A DNA stretch of 64,000 bases from Azolla caroliniana (lineage: Eukaryota; Plantae; Polypodiophyta). The position numbers and the translations under genes are program-made. This document shows positions 10,436-21,710 of this stretch, piece after piece. The DNA lies in contig JBHGNT010000012.1 in assembly GCA_043228905.1 (NCBI GenBank), forward strand, positions 20,646,001-20,710,000, given 5' to 3'. Numbering within the stretch: the stretch's first letter is position 1; the number at the start of each line of letters is the position of its first letter. The notes beneath the pieces are model-generated. The model saw only the letters and a list, made by a program, of their open reading frames with translations. It did not search any database and was not told the origin of the DNA.

Positions 10436-13400
10436 AGAGGGCTGCCAAGGCGTGGGGCCGAGACAGTCCGGACACTCGGGAAAGACCCCACAGCTGTACG
10501 ATAGAACCGAAACCGAAGAAACCCTGTACGATAAGTAAAAAATTTTGCTTCTCCAACAACGGAGGGTGTATGATAGTCGGCATCGTTGGCCGAGAAAAGG
10601 CAAGGGCGGAAGTGCGGCTTCGAGCGTGCGGAGTTCTCGGCCCGGACGAGGAAATCAGCAGAGCCGTGGAGGCGGTCTCCTTCGACGACACCTTGGGGAT
10701 GCTTAGGAAGGTAGCCGGAGAAGACCTTAACGAAGACCGGACGATACCGGTATGTTCCGAAGAGATGTACGAAGTCATCGCGAACTTCAGTCAGGGGCTC
10801 GAGCCGGATCGGACGGCCCGAGTTAGCACGAAGTACAAGACTGTGGACCGAAAGGTAATGCCAGTCGCGGCACCCTTACCGGAGGGCAGCGAATCCCGAA
10901 TCAGAGGGGTTGCGTTGGACCCCAGTTTACGAGATCCGGTTTGCATAGGTCACACCTTCACCGACGGGACGCTCCGGGAGCTCAAAATCGGTGGGGGCGG
11001 ATTCCTACTGCCGGCGGAGGAAGACCAGTTTCGGAGAATGCTCGGAAGGCATGGGAAAGCCTTCGCATTCTCACCAGAAGAGATCGGGTGCGTAGACCCA
11101 ACAATCGTGGAGCCGATGGTGATATTCACGGTACCGCATGTGCCGTGGAATCTTAAGCCGATTCCAGTACCGAGAGCTCACATCCCGAAGTTGATGGAGC
11201 TATTGAGGCAGAAAGTCGATATGGGCATTCTCGAACCGTCAAGTGCCCCATACTCGAACCGATGGTTTACCGTACCAAAGAAAAACGGAACATTGCGCTT
11301 CATTCAAGACCTGCAGCCGGTCAATAGAGTGACCATTCGGAACGCAGGAATCGGACCGACCATAGACGAGTTCGCGGAGGCCTTCGCCGGAAGGTCGATT
11401 TACTCAGTCGGTGATCTGTACTCGGGGTACGACCAGTTCCAGCTAGCCGTGGAGAGCAGAGACATTACGACGATGCGAACTCCGCTCGGTCTAGTGCGAA
11501 TGTGTACCCTGCCACAAGGAGGGACCAACTCGGTGGCCTACATGGTGAATGCAATGAACAAAGTACTGAGGGATTGCATCCCGGACATCACCATGTCGTT
11601 TCTAGACGATATCCCAAACAAGGGGTGCCCGGTGGAAGAGAAGGACGAGACACTCGGGCAGGACGGATGCCGGCGATTCGTGGCAACACACATTGACGAC
11701 TGCGAGAAGGTGCTACGAAGGCTAGAGGTTGCGAGGCTCACCTTCTCCGGGGAGAAATCGGCCTTCGAGCAATCAGAAATCCTGGTGGTCAGACACCTAT
11801 GTGGACCATATGGCCGGAAGCCGTCTCCGGCAAAAGTAGAAGCCATCTCCACGATGAAGACCGACTGTAGCTCGGTTACGGAAGTTCGGAGGTTCCTGGG
11901 GGCGCGCGCATTCTACCACATATGGATCCCGCATTACGCCCACGTTACGGAGCCGCTATACGGGTTGTTGAAAAAGGGGCGAAAATTCGAGTGGCGAGAC
12001 GAGCACACGGAGTCGGTCCAGAAGCTGAAGGAAGCTCTTGCGGCAGCACCGGCGCTCCGGAAGGCTGTCTACGAGAAGGGTACCCCGGTATACATAACGG
12101 TGGATACGAGTCCGACCGGGATCGGATGGGTCGTCAACCAAGAAGACGAGGACGGCACTCGGTTCCTGATCCGATTCGGCACAAAGGTCCTCAGTGAGCG
12201 ACAGCGAGGGTACGCCCAGGTTAAACGCGAACTCTGGGGTATCGTTTCGGCAGTAAAGGCCGACAAAGACTACCTAATTGGGACAGAAGTGATTATCGAG
12301 ACGGATTGCCTGCCAATTCTCGGCATGGTTTCCGGATGCGCGACACCGGACCTGGCGATGCTCAGGTGGATAGCGTACATCAAGTCCCTGGACCCGGAAA
12401 TACGACACATTTCCGGAAAGGACAACGCCATGGCCGACATGCTTTCGAGGGCGAGGTTTGATGACGAGGGCGGCATGGTTTCGGAGGACGAAGAAGTCGG
12501 CGTGGACTTCTTCGAGGCGGCGTACGTGACGACCGATGGGGCGAGCACTCCGACACTTAACAGCTTCGACGAGAGCAAGTACGACGGCGAGTGGCTACAG
12601 ATCGGTGGGTTTTTGAGGACAATGATGCCGGATGCGTCATGGACGAGGGACGAGGCCAACCGGATCCGGAAGAAAGCATACCGATTCTTTCTCCGGGATG
12701 GATACTTATGGAAGCACCCGAAGAAGAGGAACGACATCCCGCTCCGGGTGGTGGCGATGAAGGAAGAACGGGAGGAGCTGCTGACGGCCTACCACGACAG
12801 CCCTTGGGCTGGACACCGTGGAACGTGGGCCACGTTCGAGAAGATAAAGGGGAAGTACTGGTGGTCGGGACTGTACCGGGACGTGCATCGGTTCGTGACA
12901 ACTTGCGAGAGCTGTCAGATGCACTCCATAGTCCGACATCGGGACGAGCTTCACCCTACGTACCCTCCGACCATCCACTTCAAATGGATGGTAGATCTGG
13001 TGACGATGCCGATGGGAGTAGGACAGATGCGGTATCTGGTCCTGGCTTGGGGAGATCTGACGAACCAGGTGGAAGGCCGAGCCCTTCAGAACAAAACGAC
13101 CGCGGTCGTATGTCGGTTCCTGATCGAGGACGTGATATGCCTGTACGGGTGCGTCGGGAAGATTGTGGCTGATCGCGGGGAGTTGGATGCCGAAGAGGCC
13201 GAGGAGCTGTTCGACCGGCTAGGAGTCAAGCTCTCGCTTACCACTGCGTACAATCCGGAGGCGAATAGGAAGGTGGAGCGCGGACACGGACCGATCGTCA
13301 AGGCGTTAGTTCGGGCATGCGGAGGGCAAGTCGGAAACTGGCCGCGGCTGCTACCTTACGCGTTGTGGGCTGACCGAACTACGCACAGTTCGGTAACCGG

Positions 13401-13929
13401 ATTCATGCAGGCAGAGCTCATGTTTGGGCAGAAGCCGATCATGCCGATGGAACGTACGATCTCCTCATGGGCAACCGTGGACTGGAAAGACGAGATGAGC
13501 CGGGAGGAACTGTTGGCGGCGCGCATACGACAGCTCGAGCGAAGACCGGAGGACGTGGAGCAGGCTGCGGGAAAGCTTCGGGTGGCAAGGACGAGGAACA
13601 AAGCCCGGTTCGACCGAACGCACCGGCTCCGACCAAAGAAGATCGAGGAAGGCGACTGGGTGATAGTCTACGACAGCAGCCTCAACAACCAGCACCGAGC
13701 GACACGGAAGTTCGCAAGAAGGTGGTTCGGGCCTTACGTGGTACAAAGCGCCAACGACAACGGGACGTACCATCTGGCGGAACTCGACGGCACGAGAATG
13801 GCGATACCGGTAGCTGGGAAGCGGATCAAAGCGTTCAAGAAGCATCACGACGACGAGCCGGATCCGATTAACCTGGACCGCGACGACGAACGATCCGAAA
13901 CCGAGGAAGAACCGACAGGCAGGGAATGA
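10432..13929 (+). CDS. pol: RT-RNaseH-integrase of element B (-1 frame relative to gag-PR)
   Basis: 1119-aa ORF from the first ATG at 10570, with the frame open back to 10432. FLDD, RNase H TVDTS, HHCC, DDE (VDLV / ADRGE / VERGH) and GPY motifs. Confidence 0.92.
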   Translation, partial: LERAAKAWGRDSPDTRERPHSCTIEPKPKKPCTISKKFCFSNNGGCMIVGIVGREKARAEVRLRACGVLGPDEEISRAVEAVSFDDTLGMLRKVAGEDLNEDRTIPVCSEEMYEVIANFSQGLEPDRTARVSTKYKTVDRKVMPVAAPLPEGSESRIRGVALDPSLRDPVCIGHTFTDGTLRELKIGGGGFLLPAEEDQFRRMLGRHGKAFAFSPEEIGCVDPTIVEPMVIFTVPHVPWNLKPIPVPRAHIPKLMELLRQKVDMGILEPSSAPYSNRWFTVPKKNGTLRFIQDLQPVNRVTIRNAGIGPTIDEFAEAFAGRSIYSVGDLYSGYDQFQLAVESRDITTMRTPLGLVRMCTLPQGGTNSVAYMVNAMNKVLRDCIPDITMSFLDDIPNKGCPVEEKDETLGQDGCRRFVATHIDDCEKVLRRLEVARLTFSGEKSAFEQSEILVVRHLCGPYGRKPSPAKVEAISTMKTDCSSVTEVRRFLGARAFYHIWIPHYAHVTEPLYGLLKKGRKFEWRDEHTESVQKLKEALAAAPALRKAVYEKGTPVYITVDTSPTGIGWVVNQEDEDGTRFLIRFGTKVLSERQRGYAQVKRELWGIVSAVKADKDYLIGTEVIIETDCLPILGMVSGCATPDLAMLRWIAYIKSLDPEIRHISGKDNAMADMLSRARFDDEGGMVSEDEEVGVDFFEAAYVTTDGASTPTLNSFDESKYDGEWLQIGGFLRTMMPDASWTRDEANRIRKKAYRFFLRDGYLWKHPKKRNDIPLRVVAMKEEREELLTAYHDSPWAGHRGTWATFEKIKGKYWWSGLYRDVHRFVTTCESCQMHSIVRHRDELHPTYPPTIHFKWMVDLVTMPMGVGQMRYLVLAWGDLTNQVEGRALQNKTTAVVCRFLIEDVICLYGCVGKIVADRGELDAEEAEELFDRLGVKLSLTTAYNPEANRKVERGHGPIVKALVRACGGQVGNWPRLLPYALWADRTTHSSVTGFMQAELMFGQKPIMPMERTISSWATVDWKDEMSREELLAARIRQLERRPEDVEQAAGKLRVARTRNKARFDRTHRLRPKKIEEGDWVIVYDSSLNNQHRATRKFARRWFGPYVVQSANDNGTYHLAELDGTRMAIPVAGKRIKAFKKHHDDEPDPINLDRDDERSETEEEPTGRE

Positions 13930-16365
13930 AGGTTGGACCGGTTTTCTCCGTCCCAACTCAATTTGGCGCATGCCGGTGGATGCGCGGTTAGGTGGGGGCG
14001 GATGTCATGAAGAAAACCGTCCACAAGCGGAATCGGTGCACCGGAGCGTAGGAACCGGCTCTTCATGCACGTACGCCTTATGTTGTACATAAGAGAGAAT
14101 TAGGTACATAGAAGATCCTAGGTAGGTAGATTCGGTAGGTAGCAAGTTAATGGGAAACGGCTCCTTCCTTGCCTATAAAAGGAGGGAGACGAGGAGGGGG
14201 AAGGATCGCGGTTAGAGAGGACGAAGTGCTGTCGGGTTGTCGGCCGAAGGCTTCTCTCTCTTCCATACTCCGTAGCTTCTTTCTGTGCAGGTTTTCGGGA
14301 GGCTCGCGCTGCTCTGAGGAATGCCCAAGTGCTTCCGGCAGCACCTCCAACCTACTCCCTTCTTTCTGAGCGTTTACGAACAGGCATCGGCATCTGTTCC
14401 CCGGCCTATTCGGTTGTAACCGACTTCGTGCTTCTTGTTGTTTGTCCTTGTTAATATATATACATACATTCGTGTCTCTCTGCGTCGGTGTCCCACTCGC
14501 GTCTTTGTGTCGAAGGGTCGTGCCCCTGTGAATCTACGCCCACACGTAGTGGGTCCCTTCCCTTCTCCTTTGTCTCTTGCTCTTCGGTACAAGACCCCCG
14601 AGGCCCCGCCTCATTCCACGCATCCGTGAGGAAGACCTCGACAACGTGCAGGGCCAAGTAGGTCAAGAGGATGCGAGTCGGGATGAAGCGGTAACGAGAG
14701 CCGCGAAGAACCCCGACACGAAGGTCGGGATGACGATACGCTCTACTACGAGAGAGCACGGAGAGCAAGGGAGAATCGAGGTGCGCGTAATGGGGTCACG
14801 TAAGGACCAAAGAATGAGCGTGCATTCGGAGGAGCCGCAACGAGTGACCGATGATGACGGTCGGAGGAAGCCTTCGAGAGGCAAGCGTAGGACGACGGAC
14901 GACGTGACAAGACGCCAAGATCGACAGAACGAGACGAGCGCGATTGGCATGAGCGGAGGATTGTGTCTGGGAAAATGGAGGAGATGCGTGGAGAACGGAG
15001 GGTCACGTACCGTGAAGAGAAAATGGGGCATCCCGAAGCATGTGTGCGGCCGAGCGGGCCAGGCGGACCAAGAGGGTGTACCTTAGGGCGAAGTGGCAAC
15101 ATCGGAGGTTGCGGAGGACACCGAAGACGAGAGCACCGACTCGGATGGTGGGGAAGCAACGCACCTTTTCGAAAGGCCATGCAAAGGGCAGAATCCGGAT
15201 TGTGATCAGAGAGATCGGGAGCGCATCCGGAGGATATACGAGGCGGGCAAAGGAAGAGCAACCAGGTCAGCAACGACGTTTGGGAGGGCCGGTCGAAGAA
15301 AAAGGCATGAATGTCGGATATGGCGAATCGGATGGAGCCGCCGGTTCGGGGACATGCGGTGGACGTGGTGGATCGGATGGAGCCGGCAGGTTAGGGCCGG
15401 TAAGGAGCTGGCAAGACGGATCAGCGCCGGCAAGGGACCGGCAAGACGGTTGGGTGTCGGTAAAGCGAAGGACCCGGTTGATCACCGTCGTCGAAATCTC
15501 TCACCCTTTTCCTTTCTTGGCACATACCGATGGATGTGCGGTTTGGTGGGAGTGGATGTCGTGAATATTTCCGGCTATAGTGTGATACCGGGGTGGAATG
15601 GGCAAATCGGTGGTGTGCAACATGTGCACATGTATACTAGGAAATGGTGTGTAGAAAGAAGAGGGGAAATTTTGTCCCACATTATAAGGTCCCTCCCTCC
15701 TTGGGCTATAAAAGGAAGGGAGGGGTCACTTATGAAGGGTTGCCCATTTTGTGTTAGAGGGTATACCGGTAGTTAGGGTTAGTCTCTTCTTCTTCTTTCT
15801 TTCCCCTTCACGAGTACTCGGGCGGCACCTATGGCGGGAAAGCTGTTAGGTTAGCTCCTCTTCTTTTGAGCATACCCGGCTCGCGACCAGGGTGGTATCT
15901 CTCCGTGCTGTAGGTTTACTTCTGCCCGGCCTCCTGTGCAAGACCCCGCTCGGCGTGACAAGCCCGTGAGCTCCCCGATTGGCGGCTTGGCAGCAAACGG
16001 CTGATGTAACCTACCATGGTCCGGCTCAAAGCCGGGGATGTATTCTTTCCCTTGTAATATATACATTTGCGTCTCTCTGTGCATATTCGTGTCTTTGTTG
16101 GGGTCCGGTGTTTGTGTGGGTGCTTTTGGTGTTCTCTTACCTCCATTTCTGTACATAAGGGCGTGAATTAGGTCGATGTGGTGTGTGTGTGTGTGTGAGT
16201 CGGTGTCAAGCGCGCGCTCCCTCTCTTTCTCCCTCTCTTCCTCTCTCTCTCGTCTGGTTGCTTCCGGAACGCGCCTCCGGAATCGTCTTCTCGGCTTCCC
16301 TCCTTCCCTCGTCCGAGACCCCCGTGGTCCCGCCCTTCTACACGCACGCGCGTAACAACGCAACA

Positions 16366-19300
16366 ACGGAATGCTGGTATTGTGGCAAAAAGGGTCACAG
16401 GGAAAGTGAGTGGTGGAAGAAGCACGCCGATTCGGAAAAATCCGGATCCGGCAAAACTGGTCAAGAAAACCGGCAAAGCTCGCACTACGCAGAAGGATCG
16501 GAAGGATCCGGAACCAGGAAGACCGGTAAAGGGCCAACCTTCGTGATGAAGCACAAGGCTAACTCGATGAAGAAGACTACATTAATTCCAGAGCATCCAA
16601 CCACATGACGAGCCATGAAGAGTGGTTCGTGTTTTTTAAGAAACCGAAACAACCGGGAATCGTCGAAACCGGAGACGACACCCCTCACCCGATTGTCCAT
16701 GTCGAAGAAGTCCCTTTGAGCCATGTCGGAAAAAAGGGGAAGCTAACGAACGTATTTCACGTACCGACAATCACAAAGAACCTGGTGTCGGTCGGACAAA
16801 TCATCTACCAGGGGATGCAGGTGCGATTTACGCACCTTGGGTGCTTCATCGAGGAAGAAGGCTTGATAATCGCGCAAGGGCGCAAAGAAGGGAGGATGTT
16901 TATCCTCAACACCACTGACATTGACACCGCCATGTTTGCCAAAGGGTAAAAGGTCGAGTCGGACATCGAACTGTGGCACAAGCGGATCGGCCACGTCAAC
17001 TACAGGAGGCTTTAGGACTTGCAATCGAAACAAGTTGTTTTCGGTTTGCCGAAATTTAGCGGCCGGAAGGCCGAAATTTGTGAATCCTGGCAACTCGGGA
17101 AGCAACACCAACTTCCATTCCCCACCGCACGAAATCGGAACCGTAACAAGCTCGACCTAATCCATTCGGATGTATGGGGTCCTGCATAGAGCGGTAGTCT
17201 TGGCAGGAGTCGATACTTCGTCTCCTTCATCGACGACTACAACCAGCACACGTGGATCTACCTCATTGAGAGGAAGAGTGAAGTCTTCGAGTGTTTCCGG
17301 TACCTTCAAAACTCGGTTGAACGAGAAACGGAGAGGAAGATCAAGTGCATGTGGTAAGGTGGCGGAAAGAATACTTTTCCGGCCAATTCAACAGTTATCT
17401 GCAGCAAAACGGAATTCGAAGAGAATTCAGCTGCAGATACACACCGGAGCAAAACGATGTGGCCGAAAGGAAGAACCGGTCGATTGTCGACGCGGCAAGG
17501 GCAATGCTGGAGGAGAAAAGCATGCCCCAATTCTACTAGGCTGAGGCGGTCCGGACAATCGTCTACATACAAAACCGGATCGAAGACAAGGTGTCAGTAC
17601 ACGAGTTGTATTTCGGGCGCAAGCCGAATTTGAGACACCTTCGAATATTCGACAGCATAGCATATGTGCATGTACCAGATGAGAAGCAGAAGAAGCTTGA
17701 TCCAAAGTTGGACAATTGCATCCTAATCGGTTATTCGCATGAGAAGAAGGGGTATAAGTGCTATAACCACCGGATGAAGCAGGTCTGAGTAAGCCGAGAC
17801 GTTGAGTTTGCGAGACGGCATCGTGGTACTCTTTACCGACTCTGACCCAATCCCGGAGGATGAGGCCAGTGATCCTGAACCAGTCCAGATAGAAGATGAC
17901 GAGCTTGAGACTCTAGAAGAGAGTCCCGAATCGTTTCGGTTGAGCGGACCGAATGAACGACTGTGTCAAAGTGACCAGTCGGATGAGGAACCGGCGAGTA
18001 GTGGAGATTCTATCATGCTCTCTCCGCGCAAGGAACTGAGGAGACGGTTCACGTGAAAAGAGAAGGGAAAGAAGAAGATGTTGGGATACGATACCAACAG
18101 TGAAGGGTCAGATCGGAGAGAATCCGACTCTAGAAAGGATGAAGGTGGATTTTCAAAAAGGAAGTTTGAATCAGCCAAGAAGGGCCTCAAACCGGGTAAC
18201 GACAAGTTACATCGATCATCCTGCCAGAAGAACCCCGTTACACAGTATGGGTACAATGAGTACATGGCGCATCACTATGCATAAATGACCAAAGTGGCGG
18301 AAGTGCGTGAGCCGGAGAGCTATGTAGAAGTGGCAAAGGAGGCAAATTGGCATGCCACTATGGAGGAAGAAATGTGGGCACTCGATGCCAATGACACATG
18401 GAACCTCGCTGACCCTCCCCAACACTATAAACCGATCGGTTGCAAATGGGTATACAAGGTAAAGTACAATGCCGACGGCTCGGTTAACTGGTACAAGGCC
18501 TAGTTAGTGGCGAAGGGATACGCACAGACCCACAGAATCGACTACGACGAGACCTTCGCTCCGGTAGCGAAGATGACGACGGTTCATGTGGTACTAGCGG
18601 TTGTTGCGGCAAGGGGGTGGCATCTTCACCAGATGCACGTGAAGAATGCATTTCTTCAAGGTGACCTTGAAGAAGAGGTCTATATGATTCAACCTCCTAG
18701 TTTTCAGTCGGAGATGAACGAGTCGGCGGTATGCCGGCTTAAGAAGTTGCTTTACGGTCTAAAACAAGCCCCTAGAGCTTGGACTGCAAAGATCACGCAT
18801 CGGTTGCGTAAGATGGGGTTTGTGACCTCTAAATCCGACTTATCGTTGTTCATCCGGCAAGTTCTGGACAGTTCGGTTTGCATCTTACTTTATATAGATG
18901 ATTTAGTCATCACCGGACCCGGACTCAATGAAATCGGCTGTGTCAAGGCCCAACTGTCAGACGCATTTGAAATGAAGGACCTGGGGGACCTTCATTATTT
19001 TCTTGGGATCGAGGTGATCTGAACCCCCAACGGCATATTGCTCTCAGAACGACACTATGTGTTGAATATGTTGTACAAGTTCGGCATGACGGAATGCCAA
19101 CCTGTCTCCACACCCCTAGACCGGAACCAGAAGCTCTGTCCCAACTCCGGACCGGCCTGCGATGAGAAATGGTTCCGACAAATAGTCGGAAACCTGATAT
19201 ACTTGAAAATCACCCGACCCGACATCAATTATCCGGTCGGTGTGATCAGCCAGTTCATGCAGAAGCCAACCATGGAGCACCTTCAGTGCACGCGTCGAAT

Positions 19301-19452
19301 ATTGCGATATGTGAGTGGCACAAAGGACCGGGGACTGTTTTACCAGTATGGTATAACTGAAGAGTTAGTCGGATACACAAATGCCGACTGGGCAGGTGAT
19401 GCATCGGATCGTCGATCCACCTCCGATTACATGTTTTCCCTTGGTAGCGCAG
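16366..19452 (+). pseudogene. Degenerate Copia (zinc knuckle-PR-INT-RT-RH start), same family as 35652-41640
   Basis: Many stops. CWYCGKKGHRE, YTPEQNDVAERKNRS, DYDETFAPVAK, LLYIDDL. Truncated at both ends by Gypsy LTRs. Confidence 0.9.
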
Positions 19453-21090
19453 TGTTGTGAAAATCCGTCACTATGTGCGGATCGTGAGGTGGAACCGTCG
19501 GGGTTATGGACAGGAAGGAAATAGGGTTTACACGCACATCACAAGGAAGGCTTACACAAACAAGGCACGAGTATTCGAACGTGTTTGTGAAAAGGAGAGG
19601 TGCATGGGCAAGCCCAAATCAACCCCTAGTCACAAGGCGAACGAAGAAACGTGAGGAAGGCTTACACACAGATACACAAGAAAAAGGCTTACTTATACAC
19701 ACGAGAGACAGAGTTTCGAATGCCTTTGTGAAAAGAGAGATGCATGGGCAAGCCCAAACGCTCCCTTGTTACAAAACACGCGAACACACAAGGAAGGTTT
19801 ATACATGGGAGACACAATTTCGAACGCCTTTGTAAAAGGAGAGGTGCATGGGCAAGCCCGAATGCTCCCTTGCCACAAGTCGCACGAACACATAAGCAAG
19901 ATTTACGTTAACCCGCAAGACACGTAAGTTTGAATGCCTTTGTGAAAGGAGAGGTGCATGGGCAAGCCCAAAACGCTCCCTTGTCATAAGACACACAAGC
20001 AAATAAGCACAAACGACGATAACATATAAGACATGTAGGTTTGAATGCCTTTGTGAAAGGAGAGGTGCATGAGCAAGCCTGAAACACTCCCTTGTCACAA
20101 GACACACAAACAAATAAGCACAAATAGCGATAACAAATAAGCACAATCAAGATTTACACATAAGACAAGTAGATGAAAGAAAACATTAGTTTTTATCAAT
20201 ATAATAGATTCTTTTATAATATAAGAATCATGTTACAATGGGTTGGATGTGAATATGAGGGATTGTTTATAAATGAATGGGGGAAGAGAGGTGGAGTATA
20301 GAAGGAGTTTCTTTGTTGATGACGCCTCTCGATGTTGTTGATCCTTCTTCTTCCACTTTCCAATTGAGTAGATCTTCCACGTTCCTTCTCCCTCCCCCCC
20401 CTTCTTCACTAGAATAGGCTCTTACTTATAGGTTTAGGATTGCTTGCCTTTTTCCCTTACAAAAAAGCTTGTCTATATGAGTCGACTTTTCTTTTCCTCA
20501 CTCTTTCTGTTTTCTAGCCCCAAATTTCACATGCAAGATATTCATGGAAAGCTCTTTGGGTTAGCTTTCTTATGCATCTTTTCTTTTCTAATTTGGACAT
20601 ATGACGAGGAAATTATGAGCTTTTTTCTCTACTGTGCTCCTCATATCCACGCGTGCTTCTTCTTTTTTCTCCATCTTTTTCTCTACTTTTGTCTACTTTT
20701 GAAAACCGCCTCTAACTTAATATTCATCATTATTTATTGTAAGGTTCAATCCTTTGAACATTTATTTATAAGGAATTATCTTTGGAAAATGAAAAAGTAT
20801 TTTTTCTACCAATAAAGTTGACTTCACAATACTAGTTTATTTCAACTACTATTTTACTTCTTTTCGAGGGTGGTTTCACACTATGTGTTAGAAACATCAC
20901 GACATCCACCCCCACCAAACCTGCACATCCTCCGGTATGTGCCAATGATTGTTAGGTACTATTGCTTATTCTTTTTGAACCTCGAAGTCTCTCTTCTCTT
21001 AAAGATATTGATTCTCTTCCCTGCAATCAGCAAAGCAAGTCGAGTTCCATCTAACTCTGCTAGAAAATAGGTTGCATTGTTTTCTATTTC
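19453..21090 (-). mobile_element. Gypsy 3' LTR (~1.45 kb, 19453-20904) with PPT and integrase C-terminal remnant (element F)
   Basis: Minus strand PPT GGTTTGGTGGGGGTGGA|TGTCGTG...CACAACA; upstream translates NATYFLAELDGTRLALLIAGKRINIFK. Confidence 0.8.
19570..20120. repeat. ~115-120-bp tandem repeats (~5 copies) inside LTR F
   Basis: Recurrent GAATGCCTTTGTGAAAGGAGAGGTGCATGGGCAAGCCC. Confidence 0.85.
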
Positions 21091-21099
21091 CTTACGATA

Positions 21100-21710
21100 C
21101 TAAGTTGACTCGCACACGGTTTTGCCGGAATCGGCATCCATTGTGAGATTACGATTGAGAGGGGTGGACACAGGTTTGTATTCAGTCATTCCGAACTTGT
21201 AGAGCAAGTTGAGAACGTAGTGCCGTTCAAAGATCATTATTCCGACTGGTGTCCAAATTCTTCAATGCCTAGGAAGTAATGGAGCTCGTGCAAGTCTTTC
21301 ATTTCGAATCTGCCGGAGAGAAGTGATTTGACTTTGTTAATCTCAGCGAGATCCGTTCCTCCAATGACCAAATCATCCATGTAAAGGATGATGAAAATCG
21401 GGCTATCTGACTCGTTTCGGATGTACAGGGAAGTATCAAATTTAGCTATTCGAAATCCGATTTGATGAAGATGTTGCGTGATCTTCGAATGCCATGCATG
21501 TGGTGCTTGTTTGAGGCCGTAGAGAGGCTTCTTGAGTCAGCATACGGCATTCAAATGATTGAACGATTCAAAACCGGGTGGTTGGATCATGTACACCTCT
21601 TCCAATTCGCCTTAAAGAAAGGCGTTCTTAACATCCATCTAGTGGAGGTGCCACCCTTTTACTGCGACGATTGCAATTACGGTCCACACAGTTGTCATCT
21701 TTGCCGGCGT
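21100..21710 (-). pseudogene. Copia RT fragment
   Basis: Minus-strand translation resembles AVIAIVAVKGWHLHxMDVKNAF, SLYGLKQAP and LYMDDLVI. Possibly the continuation of the Copia at 31482-34498. Confidence 0.75.

Larger units (their letters stand above)
7754..14643 (+). mobile_element. Full-length Trp-primed Gypsy element B (gag mutated)
   Basis: LTRs 7754-8395 and 14003-14643 (TG...CA, highly similar); PBS 8399-8416; PPT GGTTAGGTGGGGGCGGA; 4-bp TSD ACGT (7750-7753 / 14644-14647). Confidence 0.95.
4600..16365 (+). mobile_element. Non-autonomous Trp-primed Gypsy-derived LTR element A (gag plus repeat ORF, no pol), interrupted by element B
   Basis: 5'-truncated LTR 4600-5111 ends ...ACGCGACA; Trp PBS follows; gag-like ORF; PPT before a 3' LTR at 15557-16365 (TGTCG...CAACA) homologous to the 5' LTR. 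Confidence 0.8.

Noticed and set aside
14577-15776. env-like or extra genes among the many GC-rich short ORFs (also 21800-23270)
   Set aside because: No transmembrane or recognisable motifs; overlapping ORFs in all frames are expected in stop-poor GC-rich DNA.
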